From Dehalococcoidia bacterium (lineage in GTDB: Bacteria; Chloroflexota; Dehalococcoidia; Bin125), in the NCBI GenBank assembly GCA_963663895.2, contig CAXXRD010000001.1, forward strand, positions 224,001 through 288,000: 64,000 nt of DNA, written 5' to 3'. Below are positions 47,501 through 56,418 of this stretch, piece after piece (position 1 is the first letter of the stretch; every line of letters starts with the position of its first letter). Under the pieces are notes generated by a model. That model made no database searches. It had not been told where the DNA came from and saw only the letters and a program-made list of their open reading frames with translations. The position numbers and the translations under genes are program-made.

Positions 47501-47699
47501 CAAGGAACTGTCAGGCCAGAAGATCATTCTGGTCGAGCACAAGCAGGCTGGCAAAGCTAAGGAGATGCCGCTGGTTAGCAAGCAGGCGACCCGCGTACTC
47601 AAAGAGGGGCTGCGCAAGGTATCCGTGGATATCACCGGGCGCGTGCAGGACGGCGGCCCGTTCGACTCCGACGGACGCGGCAAGAGCAGCAAGAGCTGA
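44505..47699 (+). CDS. cas9: Type II-C Cas9 (1064 aa)
   Basis: RuvC-I LGLDLGTNSIGW, Arg-rich bridge helix, RRGFKSNRK, VELARE, HNH EIEHILP...N...NREKGN, RuvC-III RHHLIDA; GGAGG RBS. Confidence 0.98.
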   Translation: MPTAEEVYGDESAVDDRAEEPRLRLGLDLGTNSIGWALYRLDDGDPPEPVALIDGGVLIHSDGRNPQSRASNAAVRREKRGMRRNRDRMLRRRRRAARLLRSLGLLPDGEEARKASRNLDPLQLRAEALDRPLTPHELGRALLSFADRRGFKSNRKTDGGEDGAIRTDVSILRRRIEDTGSRTLGEYLWRRRRRGKPIRARLGNGLYPERAMIEDELTAIRAAQAAHHPSMMPETWDGIIAAITFQRPLRPVERGRCTLIPEEPRAYKAYPLFQRFRIREEVLNIEVAPPGKSYRPLDTNERERLVDKLLSSKDQTFDQVVALLGLPDDTRVNLRSAARDKIDGDQTAYVLRAKKRFGADWAQLSLERQQEVVERLIEDEDPDVLEDWLRDEFGLTEAAAEQVASAPLPSGTGRLSLAAIERLLPHMRRELRYHDAVQAAGLGHHSDLRGDGSMDRLPYYGEVLERHVIGGRPNGRNDAERYGRVANPTVHIALGQVRRLFNAIADRHGKPSEIVVELARELKQNEQQRLDYQRGQRENRDRNERLRELAAQAGHPDPSPVDMRKLRLWEEQGPPNGRVCPFSGEPLSIERVLSDATEIEHILPYSRSLDNSMNNTVVAMRYANREKGNRTPFMAWGHDRERYDAVLARARLLPQGKQRRFEEDAMERWERSRDFLDRQLNENSYLSRLVREYLEAAVVPKRIWVTPGRMTAMLRRGWGLNAILSEDNDWKNRNDHRHHLIDAAVIGLTSRSLLQKVARASGRGEDGESVIAAAEPPWEGFRQDVGDLVERCTVRHRPDHFQPARGSTSGSLHNETAYGVVCDGDGEPKRDERGNITLVETKPLESLDARKLEDIRDPALRERLQALWDRVEAEHAGESAKVRQHFAERARKELGVRRVRVLVRLGEESLAFIRDQSGIRDQSGRIYKAYKTDGNAYMDVWLLPGGKTRGETVSRFDAHQRDFPPKVKAEHPAAKKLMRLHRDDMVALGEGEDRRILRVKELSGQKIILVEHKQAGKAKEMPLVSKQATRVLKEGLRKVSVDITGRVQDGGPFDSDGRGKSSKS

Positions 47700-47703
47700 G
47701 CCG

Positions 47704-48612
47704 ATGGAGCGCCGCGTGCTCGATATCGCCGAGGGGCGGCGCCATCTCTCGAAACGGCGCGGCTCGCTGCTCGTGACCCGCGATCCGGGCACGCCCGAGG
47801 CGTGCGAGACGCTCGTGCCATTCGATGAGATCGAGTCGGTGATCGTGCATGCCCCGCAGGCGTCCTACTCGAATGCGGCGGTCACCGAGTTGGCCCGGCG
47901 CGGCATCCCAGTGGTCTGCTGCGACAAGACGCACACGCCGGTCGCCTGGCTGTGGCCGGCCGAGGCGAACTTCGAACAGAGCCGCCGCATGGCGGCGCAG
48001 GCGACGATGCCGGAGCCGCTGCGTGATGCGCTGTGGGCGCGCATCGTGACCGCCAAGATCGAGGCCCAAGCCGCCGTCGTCCGCGGCGAGGGCTCCGGGA
48101 ATGATGGCTTCCTGGAGTTCGCTCGATCCGTGCAGCCGGGCGACCGCAGCAACGTCGAGGCGCAGGCGGCGCGCCTCTACTGGAAATTATTGTTCGACGA
48201 CTTCTTCCGGCGGGCGCGCCACGGCCGGCCGCCGAACGGCCTGCTCAACTACGGCTACGCGATTCTGCGCGCGACGGTCGCACGGTACCTCTGCGCGGCG
48301 GGGCTGCACCCCTCGATCGGCCTGCACCACCGCAACCGCTTCAACGCCTTCTGCCTTGCCGACGACCTCATGGAGCCCTTCCGTCCGGCGGTCGATCGCG
48401 CCGTGCTGGCGCTCTGGAGGGATGGCCGCGAGGAGGTGACGGCGGAGACGAAGCCAGCGCTCGCGGCGGTGATGGCGGAGACGGTGCGGACCGACCGCGG
48501 AGCGGCCCCGCTCAGCCGCTGCGTCGAGCGGGCGGCACAGTCGCTCGCGCAGTCGGTGCTTGATGGAGAGGACCTGCTGCACCTCCCCGACGGCGCCGCG
48601 ATCGCCGGATGA
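47704..48612 (+). CDS. cas1: Type II Cas1
   Basis: NVEAQAARLYW, NGLLNYGYAILR, GLHHRN..NAFCLADDLMEPFR. Confidence 0.97.
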   Translation: MERRVLDIAEGRRHLSKRRGSLLVTRDPGTPEACETLVPFDEIESVIVHAPQASYSNAAVTELARRGIPVVCCDKTHTPVAWLWPAEANFEQSRRMAAQATMPEPLRDALWARIVTAKIEAQAAVVRGEGSGNDGFLEFARSVQPGDRSNVEAQAARLYWKLLFDDFFRRARHGRPPNGLLNYGYAILRATVARYLCAAGLHPSIGLHHRNRFNAFCLADDLMEPFRPAVDRAVLALWRDGREEVTAETKPALAAVMAETVRTDRGAAPLSRCVERAAQSLAQSVLDGEDLLHLPDGAAIAG

Positions 48613-48941
48613 GCACGTTCAGCGGATATCGCTTCATGTGGATGCTGGTGATGTTCGACCTGCCGGTGCTGACGAAGCGTCAGCGCAAACGCGCGACGAA
48701 GTTCCGCACCGACCTGCTCGATCTCGGGTTCGAGATGGCGCAACTCTCGGTCTACATGAAGTTCTGCGGGGGGCGCGACGCCGCGGACGCCTTAGCCGCG
48801 CGCGTCGAACGCCGCGTGCCGGTGCAGGGGCGGGTCAGCGTGCTCGTGTTCACGGACAAGCAGTACGGACGCATGCGGGTGTTCAGCAGCGGCAGCCGCG
48901 AGTCCCGGAAAGCGGAGCGCGGCCAGCTGCTCATGCTGTAG
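48609..48941 (+). CDS. cas2: Cas2
   Basis: YRFMWMLVMFDLPV, GFEMAQLSVY, TDKQYG. Confidence 0.97.
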   Translation: MSTFSGYRFMWMLVMFDLPVLTKRQRKRATKFRTDLLDLGFEMAQLSVYMKFCGGRDAADALAARVERRVPVQGRVSVLVFTDKQYGRMRVFSSGSRESRKAERGQLLML

Positions 48942-49004
48942 CGCCTGCGCCGCCTCGGACGGGATGGCGCGAGTCCACGGCTCGCCCTGGCCGCCAGGCT
49001 ATCT

Positions 49005-49766
49005 ATTTTAGTGGGTCAGGAAATGGCCGGCAACCAAAACTGCTCTCCCCATTGTGAGCAGGCCAGACGAATTTTAGTGGGTCAGGAAATGGCCGGCAAC
49101 CAAAACAGCAGCGGCACGCTGACTGGAGCGCTGGGATTTTAGTGGGTCAGGAAATGGCCGGCAACCAAAACACACGGGAGAGCGGGAGCGGAGCGAGGAT
49201 TATTTTAGTGGGTCAGGAAATGGCCGGCAACCAAAACGTGAAGGGAACCTGGAGCGCATAGGCGGTCATTTTAGTGGGTCAGGAAATGGCCGGCAACCAA
49301 AACCAATGGGATCGTGACAACCTGCTAGCCGCGATTTTAGTGGGTCAGGAAATGGCCGGCAACCAAAACACGTCTAGGGCGCATCGGCTATACCACGCAT
49401 ATTTTAGTGGGTCAGGAAATGGCCGGCAACCAAAACGCAGTGAGGGTCAGATCCGCAGGTATCACGATTTTAGTGGGTCAGGAAATGGCCGGCAACCAAA
49501 ACACGGACAAGAGCCGGCCCGTGCTCACGATGATTTTAGTGGGTCAGGAAATGGCCGGCAACCAAAACCGCGAACGGCTGCGGAATCAGTTCCGCGTGAT
49601 TTTAGTGGGTCAGGAAATGGCCGGCAACCAAAACGACGTACGGGACTACATGCAGCAGGGGGTGATTTTAGTGGGTCAGGAAATGGCCGGCAACCAAAAC
49701 GACGTACGGGACTACATGCAGCAGGGGGTGATTTTAGTGGGTCAGGAAATGGCCGGCAACCAAAAC
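49005..49766 (-). CRISPR. CRISPR array: 12 identical 36-bp repeats, 11 spacers (29-31 bp)
   Basis: + strand repeat ATTTTAGTGGGTCAGGAAATGGCCGGCAACCAAAAC at 49005, 49071, 49136, 49202, 49268, 49334, 49401, 49467, 49533, 49599, 49665, 49731; minus orientation inferred from GTTTT start, TAAAAT end and tracr complementarity. Confidence 0.99.
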
Positions 49767-49827
49767 GCTACATACAGTATCTAGTATCCTAGGCTTTGTC
49801 CCGGTCACTTTTTAAGAACAGGGCAGG

Positions 49828-50412
49828 CTAGCTGGTCCCCGCAGGCTCTCCCGCCAACCCAATCTCCTCCGCGATGCCCCGCATCGCCTCGATCACCTCT
49901 CCGATATGATCATTCAACTCGACGCCCAACTCCTGCGCCCCGTTGATGATGTCGTCCCGGTTCACCGCGCGCGCGAAGGCGGGCTCCTTCAGCTTCTTCC
50001 GCACCGACTTCACCTTGACATCGTGAATCGACTTCGACGGCCGCACCAGCGCCACCGCCACGATGAAGCCGGACAGCTCGTCCACGCCGTACAGCGTCCT
50101 CTCCAGGGCCGAATCGCGTGAAACCCCCGTCGCCGGGTTATGGGATTCCACCGCCCGCGCCAGAACCTCCGGCCAGCCCCGCTCGCGCATGATCCCCGCG
50201 CCGACGCGCGCGTGCTCGTCGACATCGGGATGCTGCTCGTAATCGAAGTCGTGCAGCATGCCCGCGATCGCCCACTGCTCCTCGTCCGCTCCCGCCTGCC
50301 GCGCGAACGCCCGCATCACCCCCGCCACGCAGAGCGCGTGCTTCCGCAGTGAGTCGGATTGCGTGAACTCGCAAAGCAGCGCCCAGGCCTCGGCACGCGT
50401 CGGATTGTCCAT
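49828..50412 (-). CDS. HD-domain (HDIG-type) metal-dependent phosphohydrolase
   Basis: LRKHAL, GMLHDFDYE, DELSGF...RPSK, FARAVNR. Confidence 0.9.
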   Translation of the reverse strand: MDNPTRAEAWALLCEFTQSDSLRKHALCVAGVMRAFARQAGADEEQWAIAGMLHDFDYEQHPDVDEHARVGAGIMRERGWPEVLARAVESHNPATGVSRDSALERTLYGVDELSGFIVAVALVRPSKSIHDVKVKSVRKKLKEPAFARAVNRDDIINGAQELGVELNDHIGEVIEAMRGIAEEIGLAGEPAGTS

Positions 50413-50431
50413 CGATCTCCCTCCAATCGAT

Positions 50432-51256
50432 TCAGACGGCGCGGCCGCTATCGAAGAGCAGCGCCCGCGCGAGCAGCTCGCCCGCCAGGACCGCTCCCGT
50501 CACCAAGTACAGCAGCCCCGTCGCCGACATCATGGAGCGTATCCGCGACGAGGACCACGCCATCCACCCCAGCACCAGCGAGAAGGCGAGGCCCACTCCC
50601 ACGCGCAGCCAGAACGCCCGGTTCGCCTCGATCGCCAGGTCCCGCCCCCCCGCCGGCCGCTCGTCGATCGGCGCCACCACCGCCAGTACCAGCAGCAGCA
50701 CCTGCACCGTCAGCAGCACGAGCAGCAGGAAGGTCACCTCGTTCAGCGGCTTGGCGGGCAGTCGCGGCGTCACCAAATACCAGTGGCCCAAACTCAAGCC
50801 GACCGCGGCCAGTCCCAAGGTCAGCGTGCCCGCCAACAGACTCACGAACACCAATCCGAAGTTCCACGCCGGCAGGCGCAGCATCATGGCGAGCAGCACC
50901 AGCACCACCACCGCCAGCGCCGCCAAGCAACCCGCCGCCACCCGGCCCGCGCGCGGGCGCTTCGCATAGAGCAGCGCGGGGTACAGCGCGCTCAGCCCGG
51001 TGGCGACCGCCAGCAGCGCCGCGATCGCGTCACGCGGGCCCGTATCCAGCCGGTAGCCGTTCACCGAAACCCCATCCAGCTCCAGCGCCAGCCACAGCGC
51101 CAGCCCCATCACCGGCGGCACCATCAGCGTCGTCGCCCGCACGAACCCCACGGTCGCATTGCCCCGCAGGTCCACGGCCAGCATCACCATGCTCGCGCCC
51201 AGGGCGAGCTCGGCCAGCACCAAGAACAGGACGTATGGCAGGGCGTCGGATTCCAC
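50432..51256 (-). CDS. Multi-TM membrane protein (possible DmsC/NrfD-like anchor)
   Basis: About 8 TM helices, LGHWYL..P, SATGLLY motifs. Confidence 0.7.
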   Translation of the reverse strand: MESDALPYVLFLVLAELALGASMVMLAVDLRGNATVGFVRATTLMVPPVMGLALWLALELDGVSVNGYRLDTGPRDAIAALLAVATGLSALYPALLYAKRPRAGRVAAGCLAALAVVVLVLLAMMLRLPAWNFGLVFVSLLAGTLTLGLAAVGLSLGHWYLVTPRLPAKPLNEVTFLLLVLLTVQVLLLVLAVVAPIDERPAGGRDLAIEANRAFWLRVGVGLAFSLVLGWMAWSSSRIRSMMSATGLLYLVTGAVLAGELLARALLFDSGRAV

Positions 51257-51288
51257 AGCTCACATGCTCCGCGATTCGCGCGCCGCCC

Positions 51289-51888
51289 TCAGCGCTCCGC
51301 CAGCCAAGCAGCCACCGCGCCGTAGTCAGCGCCCTGCTGCGCACGCGAGCGCCGGCCCATCGTCTGCCCCGACGGGTGATAGAGGGATGCGATATGCCGC
51401 TCCCCCCAAGGCGCAATCCGTCCGGCATCCACGCCGAACCGCAGCCCGTGCGGCTCAATCCTGCCCAATGCATCCAAGGCCACCCGCCCAAGCGCCACCA
51501 CCAACGACGGATCGACAAGCGCAATCTGCCGGCGCAGGAATCGCGAGCAGGCCGCCACCTCTCCCACGCTGGGCGTCCGGTTGCCACCCCGTGGATCGGG
51601 TGGGTGGCACAAGACCGCGTTGGTCACGAACGCCGCCGCGCGATCGATGCCGGCCAACCCACAGTACCGCTCGAAATTATCGCCGCTGCGGTCGCCCCGC
51701 AGGGGTACGCCGCTGCGCACCGCGCCCAGATAGCCCGGTGCTTCCGCCACGAACATGACCGCCGCCGGCGCCGCTCCGTTCGCCGGCCCCAGCACACTCG
51801 ATCCCGCCCGCATGCCAGGGCAACGGCGGCAGCGGCGTGCCTCATCGCTCAGCGATACCAGTGTCTGGGACAGCGTCATGTGCACCAT
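51289..51888 (-). CDS. Uracil-DNA glycosylase, Fe-S (family 4/5-like)
   Basis: CRRC, VAEAPG, TNAVLCHPP...NRTP, YHPS. Confidence 0.88.
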   Translation of the reverse strand: MVHMTLSQTLVSLSDEARRCRRCPGMRAGSSVLGPANGAAPAAVMFVAEAPGYLGAVRSGVPLRGDRSGDNFERYCGLAGIDRAAAFVTNAVLCHPPDPRGGNRTPSVGEVAACSRFLRRQIALVDPSLVVALGRVALDALGRIEPHGLRFGVDAGRIAPWGERHIASLYHPSGQTMGRRSRAQQGADYGAVAAWLAER

Positions 51889-51914
51889 GCCCGCGCATCA
51901 GCCGCCGAATCTCG

Positions 51915-52166
51915 CTAAATCTTGAGCGCTAGCACTTCCCGCCTGAGTCCCGCATCGCCGAACTCCACCTGGGCGGACAGCACCCGAAAGCGTCGCCGCC
52001 CCCCGCCTCTGGTCACCACGAAGGTATCTCCCTTCGACCAAAAGTAATCGGTATCCAGCGTGTCGATCAGCGACTCTTTCCTCTCCGAAAACGGATCGGA
52101 TTCCCAGATCTCCGTCAGCACGGAAGCGCTCCTTCCTCGCCGCACCGAACGCGACGCTTCACCCAA
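51915..52166 (-). CDS. Small hypothetical protein
   Basis: 83-aa ORF with plausible composition; start uncertain. Confidence 0.5.
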   Translation of the reverse strand: MGEASRSVRRGRSASVLTEIWESDPFSERKESLIDTLDTDYFWSKGDTFVVTRGGGRRRFRVLSAQVEFGDAGLRREVLALKI

Positions 52167-52364
52167 CGTGGCCCGGCCTCTGCATCACCGCATCGGCCCG
52201 TTCACAACAGGAGCGATACGCCGCCACCGCGGCCGCGGGCAGGCTACGAAGCGCCTCGCTCGCGTCCGAGCATACCCCGGCCCGCCCGTACCCTTCCTTC
52301 CGTCCGGGAGCAGGCCGTATCAGCACGACGTGCTACGCGGCCTGCGGACGGCTCCTTCCCGAGA

Positions 52365-53273
52365 CTACTGACGGACCTGGCGCACCAGTTCCACCACGCC
52401 CGCGATCTTGCCCAGCAGCGGGATCACATACACACCCGCACTCCATCCCCGCACGGTCTGCACGAACTCGTACGCCATCTCCAGACCGAGCTCCGCCGCA
52501 CCATCGCCGGCACGCTCCATGGCCTCCACCACCGTCGGCGGCACCGTGATCCCGGGGACGTTCTCCGCCATGTAACGCGCGTTGCGACCGCTCACTAAGG
52601 GCATCACCCCCAAAATCACCGGCCGCCCGATCGCCTCCGCCCGCTCCAAAAACCGCTCGATCACCTCCAACTCGTACGACGGCTGCGTGAAGAAGACGTC
52701 GGCTCCGCGTCGGACCTTCTCGCCCAGCCGCGCAATCTCCGCGTCCAAGTCGGAGGCTCCGGGATTCGCGGCCGCCGCGATCGTGAACGCCGCCTCGCCG
52801 CCCAGCGCGTTACCCGCCGAATCCACGCCGCCGTTGAGCATGGCGATCAATTCGATCAAGCCTTCCGCCTTCACGTCCCAGACACCGGTCGCGTTGGCAT
52901 AGCGGCCCAGCGCCGGCGGGTCGCCCGACAGCGCGATCACCGAGCGAATCCCCTGCATGTGCCCACCCAACAGATCCGCCTGGAGCGCCATCAAGTTCCG
53001 GTCGCGCGCGGCGAAGTGAACGATCGCCTCCACACTCGTCCGGCGCTGTACCTCCGCCGCAAACGCCAGCGGGCTCATCCGCACCGACGCCATCGGATTA
53101 TCGCCCACATCGACGCAATCCACGCCGGCTTCGCGCAAGGCTTCGGCGGCAGCGACCCCATCCTCGGCTGCAAGCCCGTGGGGCGGATCTAGCTCCACGG
53201 ACAGAATCCACTCTCCGGCATCCAGCTTGCGCCGGAGTCGGTAGTCCACGGGGCTCTGATCGCTTGCCGTCAC
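52365..53273 (-). CDS. Methylenetetrahydrofolate reductase (YitJ C-terminal-like)
   Basis: VELDPPHG, DNPMASVRMS, RDRNLMALQ, GDPP, FFTQP. Confidence 0.88.
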   Translation of the reverse strand: MTASDQSPVDYRLRRKLDAGEWILSVELDPPHGLAAEDGVAAAEALREAGVDCVDVGDNPMASVRMSPLAFAAEVQRRTSVEAIVHFAARDRNLMALQADLLGGHMQGIRSVIALSGDPPALGRYANATGVWDVKAEGLIELIAMLNGGVDSAGNALGGEAAFTIAAAANPGASDLDAEIARLGEKVRRGADVFFTQPSYELEVIERFLERAEAIGRPVILGVMPLVSGRNARYMAENVPGITVPPTVVEAMERAGDGAAELGLEMAYEFVQTVRGWSAGVYVIPLLGKIAGVVELVRQVRQ

Positions 53274-53349
53274 GCCTGCGTATCGCTCCACTCGCAGCCT
53301 AGCGGCTCGGTCGCTTCCATTCGAAGCGCGGCAACCAGAAAGAGATCGT

Positions 53350-53381
53350 AAAAGAAAACGGCCCGCTGACAGCGGGCCGTT
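53350..53381 (-). terminator. Intrinsic terminator after the A-type carrier gene
   Basis: AACGGCCCGCTG/CAGCGGGCCGTT hairpin followed by TTTCTTTT on the minus strand. Confidence 0.8.
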
Positions 53382-53402
53382 CAACTCACAACGCGAGTGC
53401 GA

Positions 53403-53786
53403 TTAGCAGCAGGACCGTGCTTGACTCGCCCCCGACCCCGCCGCCGTGTCGAATGACGTTCCGCAGGCGCAGGACCGCGCCGCGTTGGGATTGGAGATGC
53501 TGAAACCCTGCTTCATCACGTCGTCGATGTAATCCACCTGCGACCCCCCGATCAGCGGCGCACTCTCGGAGTCCACGAGGAAGCGCACAGTGCCCTTGAC
53601 GATCTCGGTATCGTCCTCTTCCTTCTCCGTCGCCAGCGCCATCCCATACTGGTAGCCGCTGCAACCGCCGCCCACTACAAACACGCGCAGGTATCCGTCC
53701 TCGTAACCCTTCTCCTTGAGCATGGCCGCCGCCTTCTCGGCCGCGAGGTCGGTCACCGTAAGGATCTCTGGCACAACCGTCGTCAT
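53403..53786 (-). CDS. HesB/IscA/ErpA A-type Fe-S carrier
   Basis: GGGCSGYQY, NPNA..SCACGTSF. Confidence 0.95.
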   Translation of the reverse strand: MTTVVPEILTVTDLAAEKAAAMLKEKGYEDGYLRVFVVGGGCSGYQYGMALATEKEEDDTEIVKGTVRFLVDSESAPLIGGSQVDYIDDVMKQGFSISNPNAARSCACGTSFDTAAGSGASQARSCC

Positions 53787-53891
53787 TAGGTCTTCTCCGC
53801 AAGATCGTCGCACCGGCGACTCTAGTTGCAGTCCGGCAGGCCTCGCCCTCGACAGGGAAACCTCCGGCGTTGCCGATTCCCCTGCATCATA

Positions 53892-53921
53892 TTGACCCCC
53901 ATGAAAGAGCGTCTATAGCCT
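53892..53921 (+). promoter_or_regulatory. Putative promoter of the cysteine desulfurase gene
   Basis: TTGACC-N18-TAGCCT. Confidence 0.4.
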
Positions 53922-53955
53922 GGAATCAGCGGGCGCTTCCGCGGGAGAGCGTACC

Positions 53956-55125
53956 ATGCCCGACCGGATCTACTTGGACCACGCCGCCACCACTCCCGTC
54001 GATCGCCGCGTGCTCGCGGCCATGATCCCCTACTACCAGAACGCGTGGGGCAATCCTTCTGGCATCTACATGGAGGCCCAGCGGGCCCGGCGCGGTCTCG
54101 ACGAGGCCCGCGAGCAGGTCGCCGACCTGCTGGAATGCCTGCCCACCGAGATTATCTTCACGTCCGGCGGCACCGAATCCGACAATCTCGCCATCCGCGG
54201 CGCGCTCGCCCCCCGTTCAGAGCTCGGCCGGCACGTCATCAGCACTCCGATCGAACATCACGCCGTCCTGCACACGCTGGAAGCCCTCGATCGTGAGGGC
54301 TACGACGTGACGTTGATCCCGGTCGACAGCGAAGGCTTCGTCGATCCAGCGGCCGTCCAGGCCGCTCTCCGCGAAGACACGGCCCTCGTCACCATCATGG
54401 CGGCCAACAACGAGGTCGGCACCCTGCAACCCATCGCCGCGATCGCCCGCGCCGTCAAGGAACGCAACCCCCGCACCCTCGTCCACACCGATGCCGTGCA
54501 GGCCGCCGGCGTTCTCGACATTCGCCCCGACGCCCTCGGCGTCGACCTCATCTCGCTCACTGCCCACAAGATCTACGGCCCAAAGGGCATCGGCCTCCTC
54601 TACGTTCGCCAGCGCACGGAGCTGGAGCCTCAGATCCTCGGCGGCAGTCAAGAGCGCGAGCGGCGCGCGGGCACAGAGAACGTTGCCGGCGCGGTCGCCT
54701 TCGCCGCAGCGCTGGAACTCGCCATCCGGGAGCGCGAACAGCACAGTGACCACGTCCGCCGGCTCCGCGACAAACTCTGGCTTGATCTGCGCGAGCGCAT
54801 CGACGGCCTTCACCTGAACGGCCCCGCGGATTTCGACCGCCGCCTCCCCAACAACCTCAGTCTCTGCTTCAGTGGAGTGGAGGGCGAGAGCATCCTCCTC
54901 CAGCTCGATATGGCCGGCATCGCTGCCAGCAGCGGCTCGGCCTGTAGCACCGGCTCCACCGAGCCCAGCCACGTCCTCACCGCGATGGGCGTCGACAGCG
55001 ACCTCGCCCACGCCGCCGTCCGTCTCAGCTTCGGCGCCGAGAACGATGATTCCCACGTTGACAGGGTCGCGGCGGAGCTCCCACAAGTGATCGACCGCCT
55101 CCGCTCCCTTTCCCCCGTCGCTTAA
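53956..55125 (+). CDS. iscS: Cysteine desulfurase (IscS/NifS class I)
   Basis: YLDHAATTP, TSGGTES, AHKIYGPKG, SSGSACS. Confidence 0.95.
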   Translation: MPDRIYLDHAATTPVDRRVLAAMIPYYQNAWGNPSGIYMEAQRARRGLDEAREQVADLLECLPTEIIFTSGGTESDNLAIRGALAPRSELGRHVISTPIEHHAVLHTLEALDREGYDVTLIPVDSEGFVDPAAVQAALREDTALVTIMAANNEVGTLQPIAAIARAVKERNPRTLVHTDAVQAAGVLDIRPDALGVDLISLTAHKIYGPKGIGLLYVRQRTELEPQILGGSQERERRAGTENVAGAVAFAAALELAIREREQHSDHVRRLRDKLWLDLRERIDGLHLNGPADFDRRLPNNLSLCFSGVEGESILLQLDMAGIAASSGSACSTGSTEPSHVLTAMGVDSDLAHAAVRLSFGAENDDSHVDRVAAELPQVIDRLRSLSPVA

Positions 55126-55229
55126 CGCGCCCCAGACGCCACGAGCAGATATGATTGGCCCAAGCGCAGCGGCAAGGGTTCTCCAAACTCAGCCCGTGCC
55201 GCGCGCGGCCAGAGAGCGAAAGGCGGAAG

Positions 55230-55922
55230 ATGCCGCACGATCCCAACCTCGTCCCGGTGCTTGACGCAAGCGCCGACTCCATTGAGGCCGATCTCAGCCA
55301 GCAGCTGCTCCTCACCCGCGTGGACGCCGTCCTCACTTGGGCTCGCCGCTCCTCGCTTTGGCCGGTGATGTTCGGGCTCGCCTGCTGCGCGATCGAGATG
55401 ATCGCCACCGCCACCTCCCGCTACGACATCGCGCGCTTCGGCGCCGAAGTCTTCCGTGCCTCCCCGCGCCAGGCCGATCTCATGATCGTCGCGGGTACCG
55501 TCACCTGGAAGATGGCCGTCCCGGTCCGCCGCATCTACCTCCAGATGGCCGAGCCAAAATATGTGATCTCCATGGGATCGTGCAGCAATATTGGTGGGCC
55601 CTTCGCACATGGCTACAGCGTGCTGCCCGGCGTGAACAACGTCGTCCCCGTCGATGTTTACGTCCCCGGTTGCCCACCCCGCCCTGAATCGCTCCTCTCC
55701 GGACTCATGCTGCTGCAGGACGTCATGAAGCAAGAGGGGCTCACCGGAAAGCGACAGCGTCCCGAGCCCAGCGGCGACTTCTCCACGATGCTCCCCCCAG
55801 ACGACCCCATCCGCCGCGAACTGGAGTCGCTCTTCCCACCCTACCTCAGCAAGGACGGGCTCCCTCGCGATCCTGAAACCGGCGCCCTGCCCCACGACAC
55901 CCTCATCGGCGGCAACTCCTAA
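55230..55922 (+). CDS. nuoB: NADH-quinone oxidoreductase subunit B
   Basis: [33 protein letters not shown]. Confidence 0.95.
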   Translation: MPHDPNLVPVLDASADSIEADLSQQLLLTRVDAVLTWARRSSLWPVMFGLACCAIEMIATATSRYDIARFGAEVFRASPRQADLMIVAGTVTWKMAVPVRRIYLQMAEPKYVISMGSCSNIGGPFAHGYSVLPGVNNVVPVDVYVPGCPPRPESLLSGLMLLQDVMKQEGLTGKRQRPEPSGDFSTMLPPDDPIRRELESLFPPYLSKDGLPRDPETGALPHDTLIGGNS

Positions 55923-56405
55923 TGTACGGCCTCGGCGTCGCCAAGGGCATGCTCACCACGGTCAAGCACCTGGTCCGCCCACCCGTCACCGTCCAGTTCC
56001 CCGACGAAACTCGCCCGATCCCCAAGCGCGCACGCACCAACCTCGTCTGGTTCGTCGAGCGCTGCACCGGCTGCAGCACCTGCGCCCAGGCCTGTCCGGA
56101 CGGCTGCATCCTCGTGCAAACCCAGCCGCGCGAGGATGGCTCATTCCTCGTTGAGCGCTACGAGATCGACTTCCGCCTCTGCATGTACTGCGCCCTTTGC
56201 GTCGAGGCCTGTCCCTACGAAGCGATCCAAGTCGGCGGCCCCTACAACGATGTCGTCACCGAACCCCAACCAGCTCTACCGCGATAAGCCCAAGCTCATC
56301 GAACTCGCCAACGACTATCTGCAAAAGAACGACTGGCTCTACCCCAACGGCCAGCCCGCCGTGCCCCAGACGATCCACCCTGCCGACCAGCGGCAGCACC
56401 ACTAA
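55922..56405 (+). CDS. nuoI: NADH-quinone oxidoreductase subunit I (frameshift in C-run near 56265)
   Basis: CTGCSTCAQACP and CMYCALCVEACP; C-terminus NQLYRDK continues in ORF 56136-56405. Confidence 0.85.
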
Positions 56406-56418
56406 GCCGAGCACGCCC

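Noticed and set aside
49274-49792. ORFs with repeated peptides inside the CRISPR array
   Set aside because: Artefact of the 66-bp repeat-spacer period
49794-49829. Possible degenerate 13th CRISPR repeat
   Set aside because: Only TTT...GGTCA matches and the spacing would be 27 bp; too weak
53274-53349. SAM riboswitch upstream of the MTHFR gene
   Set aside because: Region is short and lacks recognisable SAM-I/II consensus
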